This document shows, in pieces, positions 1 to 13,884 of a stretch of 64,000 bases of DNA (the stretch's first letter is position 1; every line of letters starts with the position of its first letter). The stretch lies in assembly GCA_013115125.1 (NCBI GenBank), contig JABANN010000026.1:1-64000 (forward strand), read 5' to 3'. Made by a program: the position numbers and the translations under genes. The notes under the pieces are model-generated. The model was not told where the DNA came from. It was given only the letters and a program-made list of their open reading frames with translations, and searched no databases. This stretch comes from Perkinsus olseni (Eukaryota).

Positions 1-666
1 CCCATGACTCAATCACTTAGAGCCCTAGAGCCGGGGCACGTAGCTGTCTCTGACACCTCTAGCTACACCAGCCGTTTTGGCGAAATCGTGTTCAGTAAAC
101 TGCATCCAGAACAGATTCTGGAATGGGTTCCAGAATCGGTTCCCAACATGTTCAGTAGGCTACTCCTCTGGCGTAACCTCCCGTACAAGCATTGTCGACA
201 GTCGGACCAATTTTGGGCGCCTGTCGGGCCAGTAGCAGTGATCAACACGGTATTTACTCATAGCAGAAGGGCATTGGCAAGTGCTATTAAGAGTAGTTGA
301 CGTCAACGCGGTATTTAGTGCTGTACTGGCATAACAGAAGGGCACTCGGGAAACCCCCGATGCTCTCATGAAATTTATAATAGGACTGTAAGACTCGAGT
401 GCTTTTGTGATAGTGCTCTCAATGTGGAACGGAGCGCCATTTTGAAAGAGCATTTGCCCTGTTCTGATAAAATTATAAATCCCCTGTTCGTAGCTGCGCT
501 CTACGAAAGAACACTTTCGTCATAAGGGAAACGTTGTTCAAGTGCTTTTGTAACCCTACGACAGGTTTCTGTGAACGCGATGTTTTGAGCCAAGGTGGTT
601 GTGCTCCATTTGTCGATGACGTATATCCATCTCGATGAGGCCAAGCGGTCGGAAGTATGTGGCACG

Positions 667-3515
667 ATGAAAGATGTGACGTAGTAAGGGGTTGTCTGAG
701 CTTTCTCGAGTCATCTCGATAGCAAATACCTTCGTGTTCCTGGTGTACGCGAGTACACGGACTATTTTTGTCGTTACCGTTTCTGCGAAACAGTAGAACT
801 GGTTGGGCATGAGACTAGGTGTGATGAGTAGCATTGTGATGGTACTGACAGTACGGTACTAAGCCATTGTAGGTATTTCTACGAACCTGATCATGGTAGT
901 TATTACTACGGTGAAGGTCATCCTATGAAACCTCAACGAATACGTATGGCACATGACTTGGTCGTAGGCTACGGTCTTTATAAGTAGCGCTTACAGCATT
1001 TGCCGTTAGTTCATGGTGCAAACAAGTCAGGCACATGACGGTCTACCGTCCACATGTCGCCACGGATGCCGAGCTCACTAACTTTCACGGAGAGGAATAT
1101 ATATCGTAAGCGGGCGTAGGAGCGAACGGGCACATGAGGGGCTCAAGACGTGGTGTACGACGGCGTCTTTCAGGTTTCTTAAGATTGCAACTCCGGATAA
1201 TGTCCGTGACTATGCCTCACAGTCCAAACGATTCCGAGTTGGAGATATCATCACCGACTGCCCGGTGTTCGATGGCCTGTAGCACGGTTACGGATTCGGT
1301 TGGTCGGGATTAGGTCCTCACATGCTTGTTGAGGATACTCTAATACTGTACTAGGCTATTCAGGCTGTATCCCCCTAAATCTTATTATTATCAACTTGAG
1401 ATCATCGTGATGCTCGCTTTCGGATGTTATCTCTCTATGAAAGAAAGATTAGAGCCCGGCCACTCGCAACAAAGCGATAAAAACTGAAATAGAATCTTAA
1501 CATGGCGATGGTATAGATTCATGCCCTATTGCCGCTTTAGGCGAGAGCCTTAGTGAATTTTATACTACTACTACGCCCCCTCTCAGCACTCTGTAACACT
1601 GCTCTAGGTACGATTTTCAACGTACCTTAGCAGGGGGAAGCTTGGATGCAGCCCATGAGCTCTGTTCTGAGAACGCTGATATAGCGATTAATTGGTGAGG
1701 GGTGGATCTAAGGTGTCTGCAGTGGAGTCTTGGGTCTTCTGGTGATCAGGGCTGGAGGTTTGCACCATGCCAAGAGGAACGAGGCTTCCGGATTCTGTTA
1801 CGTCAACGACATCGTCCTCGCTATACTCGAGCTCTTGAGGTTTCATCCGCGAGTCCTCTATATCGATATCGATGTAAGACTATGCTTGCGCTGCTGCTGC
1901 TGTTACTACTACTACTTCTACTACTACTCCTATTCTGAATAATTTTGCGGTTCACAATGAATCTCTCAGGTGCACCATGGGGACGGTGTAGAAGAAGCGT
2001 TTTACCAAACATCCAGAGTGATGACGGTCAGCTTTCACAAGTTCGGGGACTTTTTTCCAGGTTTCCATCCGTACTAGCTTCATCGCTCCAAGACACATCT
2101 TTCAGGGACGGGCGACATCAGCGACATAGGGACCGGAGAAGGAAGGTTCTATGCGTTGAACGTGCCACTGGACGAAGGCATTACTGATGACATTTTCTCT
2201 GACTTATTCAAGACAGTTATAACTCGTGAGTGCTGCGCTCTGGTCTGATAGACGATATCGTAGTGGATGGGAAATGAAAGTCCCAGTATAAGATTGAAGT
2301 TTGAGACTCCGGTGATGAGAATGTATTTGTAGGAGTGGTCGAGATTTATCAACCAGGGGCTATCGTATTACAGTGCGGTGCAGACTCTCTTGCTCATGAT
2401 CGGTAGGTTGAATCATGACGGGTATATCTATTTGCATATGTCCTGTGACTCAGACTAGGCCGCTTCAACCTCACTCTGCAAGGCCACGCTAACTGCGTGC
2501 GGTTGGTGAAAAGCTTTGGGATACCATTACTGTTGCTCGGAGGTGGCGGGTAATATCAGCGACTATTACTACCTTGGTTATTGTAGGGTGCCGGCCACGA
2601 TTGCTCTTTCTGCACTTTTCATCATGTCAACACATCAGGTATAGATGTGCTGCATCAGGTATACAATTCGGAATGTATCTCGCTGTTGGGCCTATGAAAC
2701 GGCCGTGGCGCTTGATCGGGACCAGGTAATAGAGGACGAGTTAGCCGTGGTGGTCTCGATCGTCATCGGTTGTAACAAAGTACAGGAGCAAATTCACAAT
2801 CTCAGGATCTGCCCAATCAGCTACCAATGAATGACTTCTGGCACTACTATGCGCCTGATTATAAACTTCAAATCCAGCCCGTAGCTGCCCTTCACAATCT
2901 CAACGCACCTAGCGCTTTGGACAAGGTTAAGACGGAATGTTTGAAGAACGTTGAGCTGCTCGTAAGTGGTTGTTCATCGGAAGCCATCGGTATTGCTGGT
3001 ATTGTCTTGCTTTCTTCTCCGTACAGAAGCATGCTCCGGGTGTAGAGTTCGCCTATTTGCCGTGCGATGTGATTGAGACGGCGAAAAAGAGGGAAGAGTA
3101 AGTGGGGGGAGTAAGCGTGATGATGAGACTTCCAGAGAAATCTTATTCAACGTAGCCCGAAATTTTTCTCAGTATTGCCGTGGCAGGGTTTTTCGAATAT
3201 GCGTGCACGACGGAGGACACACTGGAATCTTATGTGATCGTCTCGTAGGCGGCGGCAAGAGTATCTCCAGATAGCCGCCGAGAAGCAGGAGCTGATGGAT
3301 GATGATGGTGATGGGCAGGTGGGAAGAAGTGGTGTGAGGCCAGCTGTAATAAGTCCCGCCTTGTGGGATGATTCTCACTGATTCGCCCGTGTTGTTGGAT
3401 GCAGTTGCATGCATATAGGAATGCATATCGAAAAGACCATCCGAAAAGACGCCGTAAGAATGGCGATGATGGTGGTGGAGAGGAGGAGGCAGAAGATTCT
3501 GCAGACGGCTCGTGA
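667..3515 (+). CDS. Class I (Rpd3/HDAC1-3-like) histone deacetylase, ~14 exons
   Basis: Spliced exons give [102 protein letters not shown] and [19 protein letters not shown], then an acidic tail ending at TGA 3513-3515. An alternative in-frame ATG lies at 616. Confidence 0.96.
1890..1936. repeat. (CTG)n/(TAC)n microsatellite in an HDAC intron
   Basis: ctgctgctgctgttactactactacttctactactactcc lies between the IDID and VHHGDG exons. Confidence 0.8.
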
Positions 3516-3748
3516 TGCCATGGACCCACATTCGGATTATCACAGTAGTGACAAGCAGCCGCCCCTTCGGTGCCCGAGGGAGACACCAACGTTTGCTATG
3601 AGACATTTCAAAACTTGTAAAGTTTCACACTAACGCCGAAGGAGCTTACATTGTTGAGTCCGGGGCAACATAACAGTCCATTTGAGCTCCCTCTTAGTTG
3701 TGTTAAGTTTTTTCACTCAGTATGCCAGGCCTGGCAGGGAAGGTGTTA

Positions 3749-6700
3749 ATGAAGACGCTGAAGTATGGCGCGGTCGTGAGTGGTACAGCCTTCGGAGGCT
3801 CTTGTGCCTACATATACTTTACCACGCCGGTAGTAATAGTTTTCCTCGCCTAGGGCCCCGCGATGTAATGGAAGCTGCCGCATTCGCGTCAGTGTAATAG
3901 TTCACAAGTTTCACTGACATGGTAGTCGGACTAGCCTCGTTGATTATCATAGCCCATCGGACTAGCCGTCTGTTATGAGCATTGAGCACGGTCTCAGAAC
4001 CCCATTCCCGCAAGTGCCTATCGGAAGACTGTACCACAGTTCGATCGTGGGAAGTCTTTGGAGAGATTGCGCAGGGATAAGTACTGAAAGTGTCGAGTTC
4101 GTGAGTGTGTTGTACTACGCTCTTGCATCAGGTTCGACATTATTGTGATAGGAGGAGGAGCGACGGGGTCCTCTATAGCATTGGATGGGGCATCTAGAGG
4201 ACTCAAAGTTGCGGTATTGGAGCGGGATGATTTTGGCTCTGGGACTAGCAGTCGAAGTAACACGGTCTCAGGCAGCAGCTACTTTACGTAGTCGTTCCTG
4301 TCGTTACCAGGTACGAAGCTCTTGCACGGCGGAATCGGCTATTTAAAACCAGCACTACTGGGTATGGACATGCAAATGTTTCGGATGATTTATCAGGTGC
4401 CAAGTGCTGTAGGGGATATCTCTACATGCGTATCATACTGGGGCAACATGGATATTGTTGCTTAGTCCGTTCGGGAGCGATCTCACATGCTGCATGCGGC
4501 GCCCTATCTAACGCAGCCAATGCCGATATTACTACCAGCCTTTTACCCGATGGAGGCGCTAAAGAGATGGCTAGGCGTTAAGCTGTAGTGACTTGTGGTT
4601 GGCCATGGCCTCTCTATGTCCGCTTACTCCGAAAGAGGTGCCACTGTGAATGATACTCTCGTTGAGCCTCGGTGAACAGCTCAGGTCAATGATTATCTAC
4701 AGGTTTGATACGATGGCGAAGGTGATGTCGGTTTTCGATACCGGAGTACCCAACTCCTACTGGGTCAGCAAATCTAATACCAAATTCATGGTAATATAGG
4801 ATGCCGCCTCCCGAGCACTATTCCAGCTCACCTTCGGCTCAAGGCGGAGGCTTCTAGCTATATTCTGACCTCTTTCACGTGCCGATGAGTAAAACTGCGG
4901 ATGAGTAGAAGTAGTGTAGTCGAAATAATAGCGTAAGCTCTAGCCTTCCGCGGCATGATCTCTGCGGTCTGCAGCATCATATCCCTCAATGATAGACTAT
5001 CATACACGCTATGCACTTTATAACCTTCGGTGTAACATTTTACTGCGGTTCATTCTTCATTTCGCTGTTGACAGTCCGTTTATTCATTCTGTCTCACCTT
5101 TAGTTCCCTTTACTGAGAAGTGAAGGCTTACTTGGTAGTATGCTCTATTATGACGGTCAATTGAACGATTCCAGAATGAATCTGGCCATTGCCATGACAT
5201 CCACAGTAATGCTGCTGACTTGGCCCTCGATATCTCCAGGTAGCTTCCTGACAGGTCGATGGTTACATCGAGGGATGGGTCCCAGCTACAGTAGTCAACC
5301 ATGCTTCAGTGGAGAATGTGAGGAAGGATGCTCAGGGCCGCTGTGACGGAGTCCAGTAATATATAGGCCCACATACACTGCAGTTTCCCTCTAGCCTAGT
5401 CACATCTCGACTGAATATTATGCGCCGTGGCTGGATATGTATGATTCTCTTTACTCAGGGTGAAGGACAAGTTGAACGGTGAGGAGTTTGAAGTATCTGG
5501 GAGTATAGTTATCAACGCTACTGGGGCCAGGACTGATGCCCTACGACGGGATGTGGACCCTGGCATCGAACCTAAGATAGCGGTCAATGCGGGAGCCCAC
5601 ATGATACTGCCGAGGTACTACCAGGGCTTCGCGGACTCTGCCGGGTGATCTGTCGGATGGCTGTCGGGTGGGTTCTTCGTTCTTGCGTTCAATTGTTGCT
5701 GCTTGAATGGCCAGGTCGTATGCACCAAGGCCGTATGGGATGCTCATCCCAACAACTAAGGGCAAGAATGCACTATATTATTTCCCTTGGGAAGGTAAGC
5801 ATGCCACTAACTTCGTATCTTGCCCGGGTGAACCTTTGCTATGCCACTCAGGTAACGCCCTTATTGGCACCATAAATCACAGCGCTGACTTGGCGGATCT
5901 GCCACCACACCCATCGACGGAGGTTTTGGATGTTATACTTGACGAAAGCACCGAGTATCTTAACTTGAACAAGGAGGATCTCATGAAGGTTGGACCACAG
6001 GCCATCCTCTAAGTTTATCCCATCTTCATAATCAGGATATAACAGCCGCTTGGAGTGGTGCAAGGCAGTTATCCAGCGATCCGAATGATCCTCGTTTCGG
6101 GAAGGTGATCATGACTTAGTCGTCTATTCCGTCGCTCCGCATCTGATCGGTCAGGACTTCCGCGGCCACCAAATCATTGTTGACGGAAAGTCGGGTCTCA
6201 TAAGCATATTCGGGGGAAGCTGGACTACATGTCGGTAGTATTCGAGTTTACAGGCGGAGCGAAGCGTGATTTTGCGATTCCCAGATTGATGGCACAGGAT
6301 TGTGTGGACAGAGCGCTGGCTGAGCACGAGGGAGATGTTGTTGCGACGTATCCCTGCCGTACGTACAAGCTGAGACTCATCGGCAGTCAGGACCCGAGGT
6401 TTGTGGATTACATCAGTGCGCTTGCAGAGTGAATCTTGGCGGCGTAGGTTCCCCTCGTGGCATGCAGACTCGTCGCTCCGGGTGAAGAAAATGGCAATGG
6501 AGCTGCACAGGGAGTATGCAGTTGATATGGATGGTATGTGAATCTTTCATGCTCGAGGATCCAGGATCGATCCCTGAGTGCATAATGTTTGCAGATGCTA
6601 CTCACCTAGCTACAACTTATGGGGCCTTATCTCCCGCGGTATGCGAGTTCGGCAAGAAAACCGATAGTCTGAACCCGTTGCTGCCGAATCAGGTAGTGGT

Positions 6701-7250
6701 TGTGTCGTCTGTCTCCCCTGAGTTTAATGTAGTTCAACAGTCCCAGGCGGTTGCTATCATATTTGATCAACACGTAACCCAGGTGTCGGGCTGCTGCAGC
6801 TAGTGTATCTTTAGTCGTATCTACGCACTGAGGTGCTGGTGGCCTGTGACCAAGAGATGGCGGAGTCTGTCATTGATGTCATTGCAAATCGTACTAGGAT
6901 GGCCTTCGTTGACCCCGTGGGCACTCTAGCGATCTTGCCGGATGTAATATTCTACTCGAATCAGCGTGGGATATTGCCGTACTTCGTTGCTACTCGGTCA
7001 TTTGCAGCCTCCATCCTAATTGAGGTGTATTGCAGTCATCGCCCGCTATTGCCTCTAGATTGTTAAAGCCATTGGAGACCGAAAGGGATGGAACACTGCT
7101 AGAAGAGAGGCCGAAGACGCTGAAGCTAGGGATTTCCTCGCTAAAATGACATATGGCAATCAGCCTGCTGATGAGCGCAACTCTGATATGAAGAGACGGA
7201 GAGCCTACCGTGATTTCCCTACCACTGAAGAGACAAAAGTCGAGGAGTAA
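3749..7250 (+). CDS. FAD-dependent glycerol-3-phosphate dehydrogenase (GlpD/GPD2-like, probably mitochondrial), multi-exon
   Basis: FDIIVIGGGATGSSIALDGASRGLKVAVLERDDFGSGTSSRS|TKLLHGG, YYDGQLNDSRMNL, VINATG, FPWEG, AWSG, GGSWTT and EMAESVIDVIANRTRMAF motifs. The N-terminus is MKTLKYGAVVSGTAFGG and the stop is TAA at 7248-7250. Confidence 0.93.
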
Positions 7251-7409
7251 TTTTGTGATGCGATACGGAACTGGGCCGCTGTTAAGTCTCATAATGATTC
7301 ATTCGCCTACCAGCTATCTGAGTTTCAATGCCACTACATAGAGTCTTGTTAGTGTGGTTGGAATCTAGTTCGCCCGGCCCGGTAGGTAGATTATTCTCAT
7401 CTATCTGAG

Positions 7410-9111
7410 ATGGCATCAGACCGCTTGTGTTGGGAGATGAGTGAGTCGGTACTTGGCGGTTTCAACGGAGAGCGTGGATACTGGCGTGGGGTGTATGGAA
7501 CTCGATGGTGTTTGGCAGTCCTTCTTTCCCTATGAGTAACGTATTAACTATGACTCGACCAAGACCCTCGACAGGTGGTGGAGGGAGGAGCCCGTGTAGG
7601 GCCCCAACGGCAGCAAGCTTGGAAGCTGCGCATTTGGAACAGTATTGGGATGGTAGTAATAATAATAATACAACTCGAGAGAGCAGTGGGAGCCCCAGCT
7701 TCCTCAGGTCCGTGCAGGGGATGTGGTCGTCACGATCACGGCCATACAAGCGGCGGCGGCGACCTTGTTATACCGCTTCCAACACCATGTCAACTCTGCG
7801 ATATGAATGGTGGTAGTGGCAGTCCGGGTGGGGGGACGACTGCTGCAAACACGCCGGGTAGAAGTAGCGATGAGGATCGGCAGTCTTCTGCTGTAAACCG
7901 CCGTAACATTATTCCGCGGGCGGCGCGGGAGATTCACAAGAGCGCTCCATGCAAGGCCAGCGGAGGGTACATGGACGCCAATCGGGGGGTATCCGAGGAT
8001 ACGACCGCTGGAGATTCCTCGCCTAGTGACACGAGTAGTTTGGATGATGACATCAGGGAGGCAGCCCTGCAGTCACCTGAATGGGCCAATTCTGATCCAC
8101 CGATCCACCGACCCGAAAGCTACCCGACGGCCAAGTTGTTCTTACCAGTTCCCGTAATGTTAACGAGTGTGACACATCACAGTGACGGTGTGGCCTCGTT
8201 AGATTCGCCCACCTCCGGGCTTCCTTTGTAACCAAGTCCTTACGGACACCGAAGTCCCTCCGTACGGATTGAGTCCAGTGAGCGTACCGGGGGAGGACAC
8301 CCCGGTTGATGAGGACATGGTGGCGACATTCGACAGGTTGAGGTGATAATAGGGTGTGATGGTTGCCTTCTCCTCGAACTTGGGATCATCTCGAACCCTT
8401 CTGAATCTACGCTCTTCTAGGTTCATGGCCATTGGCATATCAGAAACTTCTGGTCTGCACGTACGGCTTCACTACGGTGACCGGAAGCTGGTCAATGCAA
8501 ACTCTGAGAAGTATCAGGTAATATCGATCAGCCTCATCCTTGGATTGAGCTTCGACCCTGAACGTAACTTTATCAGCCACAAGTGGAGGAGCTGAGGGAG
8601 CGTTGGGTACCCGAGAAATGCCCCCCACGTCACTGCAGAGCAAGAAGGCGTCACGCTCGAAGCACGACTTTCGATGGTTATTCGGCGGCTATGACTGGGA
8701 GCATGCCCGCGCCTCCTTGGCCTTCAAGCGCCAGGTTCGACAACGCTAGCCAAAGATGCAGTGGAGTCACTACGGAGTGGAACAAGAGAGCTGCTATAGG
8801 GCGGAGAGGGAGCCCCAATAGAGGTGAGAGGCATGCACCAAGACAATCCGCACTGTAACTCTCCGTTTCCGTCAGATCTTCGGCTAAGGTCAACAGCGAC
8901 CATGGGGATGATTAGTTATAATCGCCGGCTGCGGAAGCAGCAAGTGCGGTCGTTGATGCAGGGAGGTGGAGGAGGAGGGGCAGGATGCCATTCCCGCAGA
9001 GCTTCATCATTGGGGCTTGCCCACAACGGTGCGATGCCGATTGGACCTGGCGGTCTTGAGGAATGTGGCACTAAAGATCGATATTCAACAAAGCTGTCAA
9101 GCTGCAGGTGA
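7410..9111 (+). CDS. Hypothetical low-complexity Ser/Gly/Pro-rich protein, multi-exon
   Basis: Long open stretches (7575-8231, 8583-8858, 8824-9111) are bounded by GT/AG. No domain was recognised. Confidence 0.45.
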
Positions 9112-9790
9112 CGACCCATTCGATGCGCCTCAATGGGCGAGGGGACTTTATCCTTCAGGTTATTCTGAAATCGATCAAGGAAGATAACGATTTGCTGAAT
9201 TTTGGCACGTGAAAGAAATCACGATCGATTTTGACTCCAGCTGTTCTATTAATTTCAATTTTTGAAATTTCGGCTTTGATGATATTATGGGCCCTGCTTC
9301 CCCTACCCCTCTTCCGCGAATGACCCTTGAGAGCGCTACTCCGGTGATCATACCTACCCTAGGTAATCGCAATCAGTATGTCTGTTGATAAAGATCACTT
9401 TCTACCAGCTGCTATATGTTCTGCTACTACCACTACTACTACTGCCTGATGTATCAGCCTGGATTGTCAGGCAGGTCGTTGAAGTTTGTTCTGATCTCCA
9501 TGGTGTGCTCGTGTTTCTTCGTGTCTTGTACTGTATTTTTGTGCTTCTGTTTCACTAGACTTGCAAGCCTCAGGCTGCCAGCCTGTGCTCCAATCATCAG
9601 AGACCGTACTTCTGGTAGACGATTTGCACTTCGTCAATGGGTGTGTCCACACATGATGTCTTACAGTACTTCCACCACCAAACCACACCAGCCTATTTTT
9701 TCGATGTCATCATTTCTGTGCGCGAGCTTGGACCGTTGGGAGTCCTCAAGCCTGTTAGGTCGAAGCGATATTGCGTCACAAACAGGGTTT

Positions 9791-11368
9791 CTATCGATCC
9801 TTGATAAGAGCTGTGTTGAACTGCCGATGGTCAACACTACGGGGAAGTGAAAGGTCTGTGAACAAGACTCCTCTTTCTATTAGACAACTGAATATTCATC
9901 ATCATCAAGTGTCTCATACTCATCGGGGAAGCATATAATGATTTCATGACGTTCCAACAAGGGATGCTTATGGCAGTGGTATCTATCAACTGAGTTGTGT
10001 CACAGTAGTAACACCCTTCACTCACCGCAGAGGCTCGACCTGTTCGATGAAGGACGTATCTTCGGTCCAATAATACATCTGCGAAGCGAAGGCGGAACAT
10101 TTCCAGAAATACGGATCCCGCTGGATACTAAGTTTAATCAGCTGACCTGGTTTTCTGCGTAAATCAGTGGGCGGTCTTTCTTGATCGTTTCCCGGGCTCC
10201 CATTGCCACCAGGTGCTCCATGCCTTCAACATCGATCTTCAAGAAATCTATTTTGCGAGCGAATGAGAACCTAACCCTGACACTGGGAGCTGATTGAGTT
10301 GGTGGGATCAGATGCATTCCACCGCCCGAAGGATGCTCAAGAGACTCCTACGAATCAAGACTGCGTATAGTGATGTTCTCAGTGCCGCTGTAGGCAACGA
10401 GAGCGACCTCCTCCTTCTGCTGTTGGAATACTCGCATTGCCCCTGAGCAGGATGCTCCAGAAAGCGAAGGTGCTCACGCGACCGTGACGAGAGCATCCTG
10501 CGCGGCACTCATCACTTGAGTCGGACAAACGATTCGCACGAACCACTAGCCCGCTGAGAGCACTAATGAACCAGTATTCATCAGGAAGACCCTACCTAGG
10601 TTGCCAATACGACTAGAACTTGGTGCTTGAACTTCGACGACCTTTGCTGGACCTGGCTCACCAATGCCTACGTTGTAAGTGTAGACATTAGACAAGCCAT
10701 TGAGAACCTCCGCAAGTCGACGTATGATGAGGCATTTGTGGGTTGAAATGACCTACCACATTAGCAGTAAGGATTTGATACATGAATCGGAAGGGCTCGA
10801 AGCAGTGGAGTTGCCCAGAAGGGCCCAACTTCTCAGCGAGGGATATAGAGTATCTGAATTAGTCAACGGTCTCCGAGTATAATAACCTGCACATCATAGT
10901 GTGTACAGGAGCCAACCCGGTGTGAATGGTATCCTAGCTTGGCTGCATGCAGGACACTTACGCCCCCACGTTTGCGCCAATCTCGACAACAGTCTGCCCT
11001 GGTTTAATGTAGGATAATAGGAAGGACTCTTCGGTTGGGTCGTAAGTACCGGTCATCTTCATAAAGGCTGATACAACGTAGTCATTACCAGGGAGAGCAA
11101 GGACCTAAACCAGCCTACTGATGTGGCAGGTCGATGCTACAACAGCTCCTTCAACAACTGTCCTACGGAACTAGAACATAGGTCGGATTACTCTTGTCGG
11201 ACTAGTCTGACTGGCTCCTGCGGTGATAAGAACCGGGAAGTGCTGTCCAACTACGGTATCAGGGATGAGTGAAGGTGACGAGCGTAATAAGGTAGAACAG
11301 AGTGCGTACCTGGCAGCTGAGCTCCGCACACTGCGTGGGTCTCGTACCTCTACTTCTGTTGGTCCCAT
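9791..11368 (-). CDS. FkbM-family SAM-dependent methyltransferase, multi-exon
   Basis: Minus-strand exons read IKPGQTVVEIGANVGA|YSISLAEKLGPSGQLHCFEPF...ILTANV|VLNGLSNVYTYNVGIG and IDFLKIDVEGMEHLVAMGARETIKKDRPLIYAENQ. Both ends are approximate. Confidence 0.88.
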
Positions 11369-11899
11369 GCTTCACGCTGCATGGTATTGTTCGCATCGAT
11401 CCAAATGCCGAAGGTGAAATTCTTTATCTGGAAAGCAACGCCGAGCTCCGCTTGAGCATAGTTTGCCGAGGAAATTTGAGAGATCCACTGCCGACGCAGC
11501 CCCTTACAAAATCCGCACAATCACTGCGCTCATCTTCTAGGGGAAGTGAAGCCAAACCGGTGATGTAGAAGGCGAAAAAGACCACGCATGCAAGCCGCAT
11601 CACATGAATCGAATTGAACATCGTAAGCTACTCGAGTTCCGGACCGGCCGGTCGGGGTTCGGTAGGATCTCAGTATTTACCATTTAACCGGTGCATAAAA
11701 CACCGGAGATACCACACAGAGTTCCGTCGTCTACTGCACACCTTTCATTTGTATTAACGTTAAAGCCATCGGTTTTGGAATCCGAGTAAATAATACTCCC
11801 ATTCCGAATTGCCAATCGACTAGCGCAAACACACCTCATCTCATCCAATGAAGTTCACGAAGGGGACCTCACAACATGAAGACATCGTTGGTACACAGG

Positions 11900-13549
11900 T
11901 TACCGCAAGTTGCTTGAAAGTGCTCTGCGGTAGATAACACGGATTGAATACATTGTGAACATGCATGCTATGGATACAAGCGTCAAACTGGTGATCCAGT
12001 AGCTTAGACTCATCAAATGGTCCTTAACTTGGTCATGCTCCATCGCGTTGGCTGCGTAGTTGCTATATACAGAGTCTTCGCTGTGATCAGGAGCCCAGTA
12101 GTCACCAGCAGCATCATCCGACTCTGCCGCAACTTCCTCAGCGATGCCGTCGCTCTCTTGGTATGGGTGGGAGGATGCGCTCTTCCGTGCGAAAGGTTTT
12201 ATCCCAGCTTCCTTTGGTGTTTCTTTTACCTCCATTTCGGGAATAGCGATAAGGTCATCTTCAGGCGATGGGGAACTCGTCAGATTCTGGCCTCCCATCT
12301 TGGCTACAATTTGTTCGGCCAGATGCTGAGCAACCTCCTCGGCAGTGGCTCTAAGATGCTTCTCGGCGGGCTGTCTTAGCGCCTGCACTGTCGTTCCAAC
12401 AATGCCCTGCAGAATTGCTTCAACATCAGGGGTGGCCAATGTCTGGTCCTGCACCGACACCACCTCGTCACTGTACTGTTCCTCCATTGGATCGTCGGAT
12501 TCCCCAGGCGTCGGGGCAGGCGATTCTGTCGTGGTATCCGCTGCCGAGCTTCTGTCAGACCCGCGGAAATTGCTTTCAGAGGTTCGCTCAGATGCGTTCC
12601 TGGGAGGAATCAACTGCCCCGTGACTGCACCAGTGCCGATGACGACCATCCACGCACCGCCGAACTTGTAATTCATCGGCACCTTCTTCATGTTAGTAAA
12701 GTTGATGCCGGGCATGCCTGGTCGGCCGTACTTGAGTTGCAGTGATACCACTGGCTTCCTAGGAACCTTGCAATCCGCATGGTCCTGTACATCCCATCTC
12801 GTAGGGTACAGGTCCTCATAGTTTGCGCAGAGTTTTCCGAACTTCCCGCATAGTCGGCTGCCGTCACTGTTCCCACGGCATTTGCATGGTGCTGTTGGAT
12901 CATTACTCCGATAGAGGAAGAAAAGGTCCACGTGGCAGGCTACCTTCCCAACCCTATGCACCACCCGTAATTCGTCAGTTTCACATCTCTCCCAAGTATC
13001 GTGTTTAATTTCCGACCCCACTCCAGCTTTCACAGCCGTCGCACGATAGCCTTGGCCCGGTAGCCGAGACTGGATCAACTCTGCCATGTTCTTCTGCTCC
13101 GGTCCACCATGCTTCTCGAAAGCATCACGGCATTCTTCCTTTAACAAGGTCATATCAGCATCGACGTCCCAAGGGATGAAGGTTTTACTGTGACGGTACC
13201 ATCCGAGCAGAGAGCCGTCGCTGAGAGAAGCATCGATGCTCAGGTCGTGCAGCACATGAGTCGTGGTATTAACAACCTCTGTCATGCATTCGAGGAACTT
13301 GGACCGAGTTTCCATTGCAAGGATCTCTTCATGGTTCATGCAAAGTGTACCGTTGATGGCGACTTCTTGCATGGGCCAGTTCGACATGTCAACCTCATCT
13401 TTCACCATCGAAGGACATAGGAATAGATTATCGAGGGCAGCAGTCTCCGGCGCGCCATCCGCCACAACCCGAATGAAGGGATGGGGACTAAACATCGACT
13501 TGACCGACCATGCACTGTGCGACACCATGACGAGCAGACATAAGTACAT
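11900..13549 (-). CDS. LicD/fukutin-like phosphotransferase; intronless, with signal-like N-terminus and C-terminal TM helix
   Basis: LicD motif DGSLLGWYRHSKTFIPWDVDAD, plus HVDLF and DLYP. Hydrophobic MYLCLLVMVSHSAWS starts at 13549, followed later by an acidic S/T/P stalk and TM segment YWITSLTLVSIACMFTMYSI. Confidence 0.88.
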   Translation of the reverse strand: MYLCLLVMVSHSAWSVKSMFSPHPFIRVVADGAPETAALDNLFLCPSMVKDEVDMSNWPMQEVAINGTLCMNHEEILAMETRSKFLECMTEVVNTTTHVLHDLSIDASLSDGSLLGWYRHSKTFIPWDVDADMTLLKEECRDAFEKHGGPEQKNMAELIQSRLPGQGYRATAVKAGVGSEIKHDTWERCETDELRVVHRVGKVACHVDLFFLYRSNDPTAPCKCRGNSDGSRLCGKFGKLCANYEDLYPTRWDVQDHADCKVPRKPVVSLQLKYGRPGMPGINFTNMKKVPMNYKFGGAWMVVIGTGAVTGQLIPPRNASERTSESNFRGSDRSSAADTTTESPAPTPGESDDPMEEQYSDEVVSVQDQTLATPDVEAILQGIVGTTVQALRQPAEKHLRATAEEVAQHLAEQIVAKMGGQNLTSSPSPEDDLIAIPEMEVKETPKEAGIKPFARKSASSHPYQESDGIAEEVAAESDDAAGDYWAPDHSEDSVYSNYAANAMEHDQVKDHLMSLSYWITSLTLVSIACMFTMYSIRVIYRRALSSNLR

Positions 13550-13884
13550 GACAAAGCCGCCGTCTCCCGTCTTGTATCTTGTCGATAATCGCGGCGTGCG
13601 CCTCTTGCGAGTGCGCACCTTTTGTCTCGCTCGGCAATGTCGGCGATTCGAGTCGACCCAGGTTCGACTCTCGGCGACCGCAATTCTCGAGTCCAAGAAA
13701 TTCACACTTCACGCGTTGAACCATGCCTCGGCTTCTCACGCGTGCGGCTCTTTGCCGCGCACTTGGGAGCTTGGAGAACTGCGGTGGCAGAATGGTATCG
13801 GCTAGCGCCTCCCAACGATCGCCCTGTGGCATCCGACCGAGCTACGCCGTCGAAGTGTTCCTATCTTGCTTACGCCATTTGAAA

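Noticed and set aside
1-640. Possible 3' exons of an upstream plus-strand gene
   Set aside because: Exon-like segments exist but no product or reliable structure could be supported.
9416-9850. 144-aa hydrophobic ORF
   Set aside because: Low-complexity, overlaps the FkbM 3' end on the opposite strand and has no motif, so it is likely UTR or intergenic.
13550-13884. Apparent N-terminal extensions and overlapping ORFs of LicD and APE1
   Set aside because: They arise from non-ATG starts in the ORF caller. The region is more simply a divergent promoter/UTR.
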